Assembly: GCA_020725385.1 (NCBI GenBank)
Contig: DYFC01000034.1
Span: forward strand, 8,339-72,338
DNA: 64,000 nucleotides
DNA from: Nitrospira japonica
Lineage (GTDB): Bacteria > Nitrospirota > Thermodesulfovibrionia > Thermodesulfovibrionales > SM23-35
Direction: 5' to 3'
The notes beneath the pieces are model-generated. The model was not told the DNA's origin. It worked only from the letters and a program-made list of their open reading frames with translations, and ran no database searches. How positions within the stretch are numbered: position 1 is the stretch's first letter; each line of letters begins with the position of its first letter. A program made the translations under genes and the position numbers. Positions 35,421-44,063 of the stretch are shown here, piece by piece.

Positions 35421-35939
35421 ATGCTGGATACATCGAGTTTAGGCCTGATTCAAGTGCAGCAGGATGTTAAGATACTGCCTCCAAATGCTATTATTACGAC
35501 TTTTGACAAAATTATTAACTGGGGCAGGCTTTCATCTATATGGCCTATGACATTCGGACTTGCTTGATGTGCTATTGAGATGATGGCCGTGGGCGCATCA
35601 CATTATGATTTTGACAGGTTCGGTGTTATTTTTAGAGCTTCACCCCGACAGGCAGATTGCATTATAATCGCAGGCACAGTTACTAAGAAAATGGCTCCAA
35701 TTGTAAGAAGAGTTTATGATCAAATGCCTGAGCCGAGATATGTTATCTCTGTTGGAAGTTGTGCATGCACCGGAGGGATTTTCAAAACATACAGCACAGT
35801 ACAGGGTTGCGATACTTTCCTGCCGGTTGATGTTTTTATCCCTGGTTGCCCTCCAAGACCCGAGACATTTCTTGAAGGTGTAATGTTGCTTCAGGAAAAA
35901 ATAAGAAAAGAACAGGCGAGGTGGAGTCCATGGCGGTAA
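35421..35939 (+). CDS. nuoB: NADH-quinone oxidoreductase subunit B with an in-frame UGA (35565-35567) at the first Cys of the conserved CCxxE motif; candidate selenoprotein (alternatively an error or pseudogene)
   Basis: ATG at 35421 is in frame with the track ORF at 35580. Translation ...[39 protein letters not shown]...SPRQAD...GSCACTGG...IPGCPPRPE matches the full-length NuoB/Nqo6 pattern. Confidence 0.75.
35576..35605 (+). promoter_or_regulatory. candidate SECIS-like hairpin downstream of the nuoB UGA (weak)
   Basis: UGAUG-GCC-[GUG]-GGC-G-CAUCA, with an additional 3-bp lower stem. Apical loop lies about 22 nt after the UGA. The region also encodes a highly conserved peptide, so the pairing could be coincidental. 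Confidence 0.3.
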
Positions 35940-36511
35940 CCGAAGTTGTAGCAGGTTTGTATCCTGCCGGAATAGAGCAGGAAAAAATAGCTGAAATGAT
36001 AAAAGAAAAATTTCCCGAGCAGGTAATTGATGTTACCAATTTCAGGGATCAGGTTGCTGTTATTATAAAGAAAAATCAGAGTTTTTCAATCCTTAAATAT
36101 CTCCATGATGAACCAACTCTTAGTTTTGACCATCTTAGAGATCTAACTGCTGTTGACTGGTCTAATAAAAAAGAAGTAAGATTTGAAGTCGTTTATAATC
36201 TTTTATCAACAAAATACCGTCATATACTAAGAATAAAAGTACAGGTTCCGGAAAATGACGTGAAAATTGCTTCGGTTGTGCCGATATGGGCAGGAGCAAA
36301 TTGGCATGAACGTGAATGTTTTGATATGTTCGGAATTCAATTTACAGGTCATCCCGATTTAAGAAGAATTTTAATGCCAGAGGACTGGGAAGGTTATCCA
36401 TTGAGAAAAGATTATCCTTTAAAAGGATATGAAGGAGATAAAGACTGGCCTGGATTTATTCAAGTTATTAAAAGATCTCAAGAACTGAAGGAGTTTGAGT
36501 GGCATGATTAA
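35921..36511 (+). CDS. nuoC: NADH-quinone oxidoreductase subunit C
   Basis: [32 protein letters not shown] motifs. The start could instead be the ATG at 35930. Confidence 0.9.
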   Translation: MESMAVTEVVAGLYPAGIEQEKIAEMIKEKFPEQVIDVTNFRDQVAVIIKKNQSFSILKYLHDEPTLSFDHLRDLTAVDWSNKKEVRFEVVYNLLSTKYRHILRIKVQVPENDVKIASVVPIWAGANWHERECFDMFGIQFTGHPDLRRILMPEDWEGYPLRKDYPLKGYEGDKDWPGFIQVIKRSQELKEFEWHD

Positions 36512-37973
36512 GATGCAGGAGCCTGAAAAGATTTTTGAGACGAGAGAACTGAATGTTAATATGGGGCCACAGCATCCGGCTACCCATGGGGTATTAAGAG
36601 TTGTATTGGACCTTGATGGTGAAACTATTGTCAGACTTACTCCATACGTTGGTTATCTGCATCGTGGTATAGAAAAGCTCGGTGAAAGTCTGAGTTATTT
36701 TCAGGCATTGCCTTTAACAGACAGGATGGACTATGTCTCAGCAATGTCCAATAATATAGGTTATTGCGTAGCTGTTGAAAAACTTTATGGAATAGAACCT
36801 CCGCCAAGAGCAAAATTCATAAGAACAATTGTTGGAGAGTTGTCAAGAATTTCAAATCATCTCTTATGGCTTGCAACACACGCTCTTGACATCGGCGCAA
36901 TGACAGTCTTTCTTTATTGTTTCAGGGAAAGAGAATGGATACTTGAATTATTTGAGATGATATGCGGTGCAAGACTTACCGTTACATATCCAAGAGTTGG
37001 TGGAGTAAGAAACGATATATCCAAAGAATTTATAGATCATCTCGTAAAATTCCTTGCAGAATTTCCTTCAAGAATACTTGAATATGAAACATTAATTGAT
37101 CAGAATAGAATCTGGCTTCAAAGGACTGTAGGTATTGGTGTTATCTCTGCTGAAGAAGCCATTAACTGGGGAATGACAGGACCTACATTAAGAGGTTCTG
37201 GAATTCCGTATGATATTAGAAAATTTATGCCTTATGATGCCTATGATCAGGTTGAATTTGAAATTCCTATAGGTACCGCAGGCGATACATATGATAGATA
37301 CCGTTGCAGAATGCTTGAAATGAGGCAGTCTGTAAAAATAATCATACAATGTCTCGAGAAACTTCCTGCCGGTCCTGTAATGGCTGATGCTCCAAAGTTT
37401 GTACTTCCTCCAAAAGACAAAATGTTAATAATCACACATCCTGTAAATGAAATTGCATATTTCATAGATGAAAAAGCATGTAAAGGATGTGGAATGTGTT
37501 TAAGAGCATGTCCTGCAAAAGCAATAACAGGTGAGAAAAAGAAACCGCATAAAATTGATCAGGCTTTATGTCTGCAATGTGCCACCTGTTTTGTTACATG
37601 TAAGTTCAAGGCTTTAAAAATAGTTCCGGGAGGAAAAGGACAGACAGAGGAGAAACTTGTAGAGCTTGCAGCGCAGCCTGTTTCGGATGAACTAAAACAG
37701 GCTCAAGAAGCACTCGTTGCTCATTTTGATTTCATAAAGAAAGGACCCAAGGTTCCTGAAGGTGAAGTATATGTAGCAACAGAAGTCCCGAAAGGAGAGC
37801 TTGGATTCTATTTTGTCAGTGATGGTACGCATAAACCATATAGAATGCGTGTTAGGTCGCCATCCTTTATTCATGCAGGATGTCTTGAAAGACTCTGTAA
37901 AGGGCATTTGGTTGCGGATGTTATAGCTAATATTGGAACGATTGATATCGTTCTTGGAGAGTGTGACAGGTAG
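36495..37973 (+). CDS. nuoD: NADH-quinone oxidoreductase subunit D carrying an internal 2x[4Fe-4S] ferredoxin-like domain insertion of about 94 aa
   Basis: NuoD motifs ([48 protein letters not shown]). At 492 aa it exceeds the usual length of about 400. The insert at aa 311-404 has [12 protein letters not shown] and [11 protein letters not shown]. Confidence 0.9.
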   Translation: MSGMIKMQEPEKIFETRELNVNMGPQHPATHGVLRVVLDLDGETIVRLTPYVGYLHRGIEKLGESLSYFQALPLTDRMDYVSAMSNNIGYCVAVEKLYGIEPPPRAKFIRTIVGELSRISNHLLWLATHALDIGAMTVFLYCFREREWILELFEMICGARLTVTYPRVGGVRNDISKEFIDHLVKFLAEFPSRILEYETLIDQNRIWLQRTVGIGVISAEEAINWGMTGPTLRGSGIPYDIRKFMPYDAYDQVEFEIPIGTAGDTYDRYRCRMLEMRQSVKIIIQCLEKLPAGPVMADAPKFVLPPKDKMLIITHPVNEIAYFIDEKACKGCGMCLRACPAKAITGEKKKPHKIDQALCLQCATCFVTCKFKALKIVPGGKGQTEEKLVELAAQPVSDELKQAQEALVAHFDFIKKGPKVPEGEVYVATEVPKGELGFYFVSDGTHKPYRMRVRSPSFIHAGCLERLCKGHLVADVIANIGTIDIVLGECDR

Positions 37974-37976
37974 AAT

Positions 37977-39035
37977 ATGAATATGGCAAATGTAATAAGT
38001 CCTACAACTGTTGATGCTTTAATTAAATTTGGCATTGATGTAGCTATTATTCTTCTTAAAATAGTAATAGTTCTTGCGGTTGGCTTACTTCATGTAGCAT
38101 ATGCAACATATTTCGAACGTAAAGTAATAGGTCATATGCAGGTAAGACTTGGACCAATGAGGGTTGGACCTCACGGTCTTCTTCAGCCTTTTGCTGATGG
38201 TATAAAACTTTTCTTTAAAGAAGACATAATCCCTGCTCAGGCTGATAAAGTAGTCTTTTATATTGCTCCTATTATTTTTATGGCTGCTGCAATGGTTAAT
38301 TTGTCCGTAATTCCATTTGATGCAAATTTTGTAATTGCTGATATTAATGTTGGATTGCTTTTCATCTTTGCGATGGCTGGAGTTGGTGTTTATGGAATAT
38401 TTATATCAGGATGGGCATCAAATTCAAAATATGCATTCATGGGAGGACTTAGATCATCTGCACAGGTTATAAGTTATGAAATTGCGATGGGTCTCAGCCT
38501 TGTTGGTGTTATGATGATGGCGGGTTCTTTAAATCTCTCGGATATAATCAGGGCACAAGGTGAATCAATATTTGGCATGTACGCTATCCCCCAGTTTATA
38601 GGATTTATAGTATTTGTAATTGCTGCAGTTGCAGAAACAAACAGAACACCGTTTGATTTGCCCGAAGCCGAAAGCGAATTAGTAGCAGGTTATTTTACAG
38701 AATATAGTAGTTTCAGATTTGCTCTATTCTTTCTTGGCGAATATATAGCAATGATTCTTATGGCGTCATTATGCACAATATGTTTCCTCGGTGGATGGAC
38801 ATTGCCATGGTATGTTTTGAAAATTTTCCCGTTCCTTAGTTATGTGCCGGGAGTTGTATGGTTTGTGTTGAAAGTTTATGCATTTTTCTTCTTCTATTAC
38901 TGGATAAGAGCAACAGTACCAAGATACAGATACGACCAGTTTATGGCTATAGGCTGGAAGATTTTAATTCCGGTTGCGATAGGAAATATATTATTAACAG
39001 GTCTTGTGAAAATTATTTTGAAAGAGGTATTGTAG
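37977..39035 (+). CDS. nuoH: NADH-quinone oxidoreductase subunit H
   Basis: ERKVIGHMQVRLGPMRVGP..GLLQPFADGIKL, ETNRTPFDLPEAESELVAGY motifs. Confidence 0.9.
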   Translation: MNMANVISPTTVDALIKFGIDVAIILLKIVIVLAVGLLHVAYATYFERKVIGHMQVRLGPMRVGPHGLLQPFADGIKLFFKEDIIPAQADKVVFYIAPIIFMAAAMVNLSVIPFDANFVIADINVGLLFIFAMAGVGVYGIFISGWASNSKYAFMGGLRSSAQVISYEIAMGLSLVGVMMMAGSLNLSDIIRAQGESIFGMYAIPQFIGFIVFVIAAVAETNRTPFDLPEAESELVAGYFTEYSSFRFALFFLGEYIAMILMASLCTICFLGGWTLPWYVLKIFPFLSYVPGVVWFVLKVYAFFFFYYWIRATVPRYRYDQFMAIGWKILIPVAIGNILLTGLVKIILKEVL

Positions 39036-39036
39036 C

Positions 39037-39561
39037 GTGACATTCAAACATTTCATTAAAACAATTACCTTTATAGAAATATTGAAAGGTATGGCTTTAA
39101 CATTAAGAAGGATGTTTTCTAAGGCAGTTACAATACAATATCCCGATGAAAGAAGAAAGATTGCGCCTGGTTTTAGAGGGCAACATGCTCTTTCAAAACG
39201 TGGCGGGAAAGCAAAATGTGTTGGTTGCGGATTATGCGCTACAATATGCCCTTCGCAATGTATAAGCATAACGAGAGAAAAAGGTCAGGTTACAAAATAT
39301 CAAATAGAGCTTCTAAGATGTATATATTGTGGATTTTGTGTTGAAGCTTGCCCGTATGGAGCTATCTCTCTAACTGAGAATTATGAATATTCTTCTTACA
39401 ACAAACAGGATTTAATGATGACAAAGGAAAAATTATTATCAAACTGGGATAAATATATGCCCGGTACAAAAGGCGAAGAATATTACAAAAAATTCTGGAG
39501 GCCTATGTCAGAGGATTTCGGTACACCTCCCGGACAGGCAATGTATGGAGGTAAAAGATAA
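39037..39561 (+). CDS. nuoI: NADH-quinone oxidoreductase subunit I (2x[4Fe-4S])
   Basis: CVGCGLCATICP and CIYCGFCVEACP motifs. GTG start. Confidence 0.9.
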   Translation: MTFKHFIKTITFIEILKGMALTLRRMFSKAVTIQYPDERRKIAPGFRGQHALSKRGGKAKCVGCGLCATICPSQCISITREKGQVTKYQIELLRCIYCGFCVEACPYGAISLTENYEYSSYNKQDLMMTKEKLLSNWDKYMPGTKGEEYYKKFWRPMSEDFGTPPGQAMYGGKR

Positions 39562-40073
39562 TGGTATCCATAGGCTTTTTTATATATTTTGCTTTTGCAA
39601 TTGTAGTTCTTTCATTGCTTGTAGTAACAAGAAGGAATCCTGTTCACAGTGTTTTATGGATGCTTCTTTTGTTTTTCCATATAGCAGGAGTATATTTGTT
39701 CCTTAACGCTGAATTTATGGCTGCAATACAGGTCATTGTATATGCAGGAGGTATCCTTGTTTTATTCTTATTTGTTGTTCTTTTAATGAACTTACGAGAA
39801 GAGTTATCAATAGGTAAATACACCACATTTGGCCCGACAGGTTTTACTTTCGCTTTAGGACTTTTTGTAGCTGTTTCTATGGCACTGAGTTCTTTTATAG
39901 CTGCGCCTCCCGGCAAATATTCAATAGATTTAATCAAGCAGGAGACACATGTAAAAGCACTCGGTAAATTGTTATATACAGAGTTTATTTATCCTTTTGA
40001 AATTGCTTCTTTGATTCTTTTAGTTGCAATGATTGGAGCAATAGTCCTTGCGAAAAGGAGGCTTAAGAGTTAA
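39561..40073 (+). CDS. nuoJ: NADH-quinone oxidoreductase subunit J
   Basis: Five TM segments, NPVHSVLWML and QVIVYAGGILVLFLFVV motifs. Confidence 0.85.
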   Translation: MVSIGFFIYFAFAIVVLSLLVVTRRNPVHSVLWMLLLFFHIAGVYLFLNAEFMAAIQVIVYAGGILVLFLFVVLLMNLREELSIGKYTTFGPTGFTFALGLFVAVSMALSSFIAAPPGKYSIDLIKQETHVKALGKLLYTEFIYPFEIASLILLVAMIGAIVLAKRRLKS

Positions 40074-40074
40074 G

Positions 40075-40380
40075 ATGGCGGTTCCATTAAGCTGGTACAT
40101 GTTATTGAGTCTTGCTGTATTTTCAATCGGTGTGTTTGGTTTTCTTTCAAGAAGAAACATTATTATTATGTTAATGTCTATAGAATTAATGTTAAACGGA
40201 GTAAATATTAATTTAATCGCTCTCAGTCATTATATTCAGGATTTAAGGGGCCAGATACTTGCGTTTTTTGTGATAGCGGTTGCAGCAGCCGAGGCGGCGA
40301 TTGGACTTGCGATTGTGATTGCGATGTTCAGGAACAGGGCAACTGCGCATGTTGATGAAATCAAAGAGATGCAGGGTTGA
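40075..40380 (+). CDS. nuoK: NADH-quinone oxidoreductase subunit K
   Basis: ATG at 40075 is preceded by an AAAAGGAGG RBS (the track ORF begins upstream at 40048). SIELMLNGVN and AAAEAAIGLAI motifs. Confidence 0.85.
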   Translation: MAVPLSWYMLLSLAVFSIGVFGFLSRRNIIIMLMSIELMLNGVNINLIALSHYIQDLRGQILAFFVIAVAAAEAAIGLAIVIAMFRNRATAHVDEIKEMQG

Positions 40381-40409
40381 TTAACAAATGAGTATAGAGG
40401 AATAAGAAT

Positions 40410-42494
40410 ATGGCAAATATGGAATTACAATGGTATCATGTTTTAATACCTTTTCTTCCGCTAACCGGTTTTATAATTAATATTCTACTTGGCAAAGAAG
40501 TAACCAGATATAAAGCTCACTGGTTTGCTGTTTCTTCTGTTTTTGGTTCATGGCTATGTTCGCTCGCTACATTACAGGATGTTCTTGGAGGCAAGATAAT
40601 CGATGCCGATCTTTATACATGGATACTTTCAGGCACATTTAAGGTAGGGGTGGGATTTTTAATTGATCCTTTAACTGCAGTTATGCTCATTGTTGTTACA
40701 ACCTGTGCAACTTTGATTCATATTTATGCAATAGGTTATATGCATGGTGACACAGGTTATTACAGATTTTTCTCATATCTGAATCTTTTCACATTCTGTA
40801 TGCTTATGCTTGTAATGGGCAATAACTTCCTCCAGCTTTATTTCGGATGGGAAGGTGTAGGACTTTGCTCTTATTTCTTGATTGGATATTATTTCAATAA
40901 AAAATCTGCTGCAGATGCTGGAAAGAAAGCCTTCATAGTCAATAGATTCGGCGACTTTGGTTTTGGAATCGGTGTTTTTATGGTCTTTTTAACATTTGGA
41001 ACTTTACACTATGCTGATGTTTTTGCGAATGTTAGCAGTATTGCCGGTAAAACAGTCAATTTTCTTGGTTTAAATGTTGACCTTCCAACATTGATTGCAC
41101 TATTACTTTTTTGCGGTGCGGTTGGAAAATCAGCCCAGATTCCATTACATGTCTGGCTTCCAGATGCAATGGAAGGTCCCACACCTGTCAGCGCATTAAT
41201 CCATGCTGCCACAATGGTTACAGCGGGTGTATTTCTCGTTGCAAGATGCAATCCTATTTTCAACCTTTCTGAAATTGCAATGAATACAGTCGCAATTATC
41301 GGGGCGTTGACAATGTTCTTTGCAGCAACAATCGCTATAACGCAAAATGATATAAAAAGAATTATAGCTTTTTCTACATGTAGTCACTTAGGTTATATGT
41401 TTCTTGCCTGTGGAGTTGGAGCTTATGCAGCAGGAATATTCCATCTTTACACCCATGCATTTTTCAAAGCACTTCTATTTCTTGCAGCAGGTAGTGTAAT
41501 TCATGCAGTTCATACAAATAATATTCAGTTTATGGGTGGATTGAAAAAATATATGCCTATTACATACGCGGTTTTCGTTATTGCTGGGTTAAGTGCCGGC
41601 GGATTTCCCGGTCTTTCCGGATTCTTCAGCAAGGATGAGATTATATGGTCTGCATATGCTTCCCATTCAAGCGTAGGTAAATTTGTATGGATACTCGCAC
41701 TTGCCGGAGCATTCTTTACACCTTTCTATACATTTAGATTAATATTCAGGACTTTCTTCGGAGAATATCGTGGTGGACTCGAGGCAGAAGAAGCAGCGAC
41801 TCATGCACATAGCAGTTCACATGGTTCGGGGCATAGTTCACATGGTGCCGGTCATGATTCTCACGGTTCAGGACACGACCCGCACGGACATGATTCATCT
41901 CATGGTTCCGGACATGATTCACACGGAGGACATGGACATGGTCCCCATGAATCACCTTATATTATGACAGTGCCCTTGATGTTTCTTGCTGTTGGAGCAA
42001 TAGCTGCCGGCTGGGTTGGCATTCCGCCTTTACTCGGGGGAGGAAATCATTTTGCTCATTTCTTACAGCCTGTTGTAGGCCACCCGGAATTTCATGGCAC
42101 TCATGCTGAAGAATGGGGTGTAATGATATTATCAACCACAATTGCACTAATTGGCCTGGGACTTGCAGCATTTATGTATTTAAGAAAAACCGATTTACCC
42201 GAGAGAATTTCAAAACAATTCTCATTGTTATATAAAATTTTATATAACAAATATTATGTGGATGAATTTTATAATCTTACTATTGTGCAGCCGACTCTTA
42301 AACTTGCAAATAAAGTGCTTGTAGGATTTACAGATGCCAAGATAATTGAAGGTATAGTTAATGGTGTGCCTAACTTAATAGGAATATTCAGCCAGAAACT
42401 TAGAAGGCTTCAAACAGGAATAGCGCATCATTATGCAATATTTATGGCAGCAGGTGCAGTTTTTATAGTTGCACTGGTAATTTTATTGAGTTAA
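40410..42494 (+). CDS. nuoL: NADH-quinone oxidoreductase subunit L with His-rich insert
   Basis: Antiporter-like subunit motifs (GWEGVGLCSY, KSAQIPLHVWLPDAMEGPTPVSALIHAATMV). 16 His occur within 49 aa at nt 41802-41948. Confidence 0.9.
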   Translation: MANMELQWYHVLIPFLPLTGFIINILLGKEVTRYKAHWFAVSSVFGSWLCSLATLQDVLGGKIIDADLYTWILSGTFKVGVGFLIDPLTAVMLIVVTTCATLIHIYAIGYMHGDTGYYRFFSYLNLFTFCMLMLVMGNNFLQLYFGWEGVGLCSYFLIGYYFNKKSAADAGKKAFIVNRFGDFGFGIGVFMVFLTFGTLHYADVFANVSSIAGKTVNFLGLNVDLPTLIALLLFCGAVGKSAQIPLHVWLPDAMEGPTPVSALIHAATMVTAGVFLVARCNPIFNLSEIAMNTVAIIGALTMFFAATIAITQNDIKRIIAFSTCSHLGYMFLACGVGAYAAGIFHLYTHAFFKALLFLAAGSVIHAVHTNNIQFMGGLKKYMPITYAVFVIAGLSAGGFPGLSGFFSKDEIIWSAYASHSSVGKFVWILALAGAFFTPFYTFRLIFRTFFGEYRGGLEAEEAATHAHSSSHGSGHSSHGAGHDSHGSGHDPHGHDSSHGSGHDSHGGHGHGPHESPYIMTVPLMFLAVGAIAAGWVGIPPLLGGGNHFAHFLQPVVGHPEFHGTHAEEWGVMILSTTIALIGLGLAAFMYLRKTDLPERISKQFSLLYKILYNKYYVDEFYNLTIVQPTLKLANKVLVGFTDAKIIEGIVNGVPNLIGIFSQKLRRLQTGIAHHYAIFMAAGAVFIVALVILLS

Positions 42495-42521
42495 AAAGGA
42501 TAAAACTCTTAGAGGAGAACA

Positions 42522-44063
42522 ATGGAACAGGTAATAATGAATAATCTGAATTACCCCATACTTAGCACCGTTATATTTCTACCAGTTTTGGGCGCGCTTC
42601 TAATTCTCATTAACAGAAGATCATGGGAGACCCTGACAAAATGGATAGCATTGGGAACGAGCATTTTAACTTTTATAGCTTCAATTCCTTTATTTACTCA
42701 TTTTGACAAGACCACCCATAAGATGCAATTTGTAGAGAGATTTTCATGGATTCCCAACTGGAATATTTATTATTTTCTCGGAGTTGATGGCATAAGCGTT
42801 CTATTTGTTCTTCTTTCGACACTATGCGCTATTCTTTGTGTATTAATATCATGGACAGCAGTTACTAATAAAATTAAAGAGTTTTATATAGCTATTTTAT
42901 TAACAACATCTTTTATGATCGGTGTCTTCTGCTCCCTGGATTTTTTCCTTTTTTATCTTTTCTGGGAAGCGATGCTTATACCTATGTTCCTGATCATCGG
43001 TGTCTGGGGCGGACCAAATCGTATATATGCTGCAATTAAGTTCTTCCTTTATACATTAGTAGGAAGTGTCCTGATGCTTGTTGGAATAATCGTTCTTTAT
43101 CTTTATTCAGGTAAAACATTTGATATTCTTACAATGATGACAAAGAATTATCCTTATACAATGCAAATATGGCTTTTCTGGGCATTTTTTGCAGCTTTTG
43201 CTGTTAAGGTGCCAATGTGGCCAGTGCATACATGGTTGCCCGATGCACATACCGAAGCTCCAACAGCAGGTTCGGTTATTCTTGCTGCTGTCCTTATTAA
43301 AATGGGTGCTTATGGTTTCCTGAGATTTTCATTGCCCCTGCTTCCCGAAGCATCAAAAGCAATGACACCTGTTATGTTAACGTTATCAGTTATTGCAATT
43401 ATTTATGGAGCTATCATATGTTTAGGCCAGACAGACCTGAAAAGACTTATTGCATACAGTTCGGTAAGTCACATGGGATTTGTAACACTCGGTATTTTTG
43501 CACTAAATACACAGGGAGTTGAAGGCGGAATACTACAAATGCTCAATCATGGTGTAGTAACAGGAGCTCTCTTTTTATCTGTAGGTATTGTTTATGAAAG
43601 AACACATACAAGATTAATTGCTGATTATGGTGGTCTTGCTACCGAGATGCCAATATATTCATCATTTTTTATGGTGTTTACCTTAGCAGCAATTGGGCTT
43701 CCTGCAACAAATGGTTTTATAGGTGAATTCCTGATCCTTTTGGGTGGATTCGCTGCAAATAAATGGGCTGGAGTCCTTGCTTGCACTGGAATAATCATAG
43801 GTGCAGGTTATATGCTCTGGCTATATCAAAGAGTATTTTTTATGGAAGTAAATCCCAAGCTTCATGGACTGGTTGATATGAATGTAAGGGAAACTATAGC
43901 ATTATTGCCCATGTTAATACTCGTATTCTGGATAGGTGTTTATCCTAATTCATTCCTTAGCTTTATGCATACTTCTGTGCAACATCTTTTAGAGAGAGTT
44001 AATAGTGGCGGGATTGCCCAGGAAGCACAGATAGCTAAAAATATTATGGAGGTAATCAGATGA
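42522..44063 (+). CDS. nuoM: NADH-quinone oxidoreductase subunit M
   Basis: FWEAMLIPMF, VKVPMWPVHTWLPDAHTEAPTAGSVILA motifs. Confidence 0.9.
   Translation: MEQVIMNNLNYPILSTVIFLPVLGALLILINRRSWETLTKWIALGTSILTFIASIPLFTHFDKTTHKMQFVERFSWIPNWNIYYFLGVDGISVLFVLLSTLCAILCVLISWTAVTNKIKEFYIAILLTTSFMIGVFCSLDFFLFYLFWEAMLIPMFLIIGVWGGPNRIYAAIKFFLYTLVGSVLMLVGIIVLYLYSGKTFDILTMMTKNYPYTMQIWLFWAFFAAFAVKVPMWPVHTWLPDAHTEAPTAGSVILAAVLIKMGAYGFLRFSLPLLPEASKAMTPVMLTLSVIAIIYGAIICLGQTDLKRLIAYSSVSHMGFVTLGIFALNTQGVEGGILQMLNHGVVTGALFLSVGIVYERTHTRLIADYGGLATEMPIYSSFFMVFTLAAIGLPATNGFIGEFLILLGGFAANKWAGVLACTGIIIGAGYMLWLYQRVFFMEVNPKLHGLVDMNVRETIALLPMLILVFWIGVYPNSFLSFMHTSVQHLLERVNSGGIAQEAQIAKNIMEVIR

Noticed and set aside
35565-35567. 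Alternative genetic code (TGA read as Trp or Gly) as the explanation for the in-frame TGA codons in nuoB and the DsrE-like gene.
   Set aside because: TGA clearly terminates pilM (3843-3845), pilP (5512-5514), the RHH antitoxin (22020-22022) and nuoM (44061-44063) at positions consistent with family lengths and coupled downstream starts. Both internal TGAs align to conserved Cys positions, not to Trp or Gly.
35580-35939. The track ORF start at 35580 taken as the true NuoB start.
   Set aside because: That start would delete the conserved N-terminal segment and one of the four cluster ligands. The upstream 48 codons in the same frame are clearly NuoB-like.
41802-41948. His-rich tract in NuoL considered as a cloning or His-tag artefact, or as a frameshifted region.
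   Set aside because: The tract is in frame and is flanked on both sides by canonical NuoL sequence, including the native HESP motif. It is an irregular HGSGHDS-type repeat rather than a homopolymeric tag.
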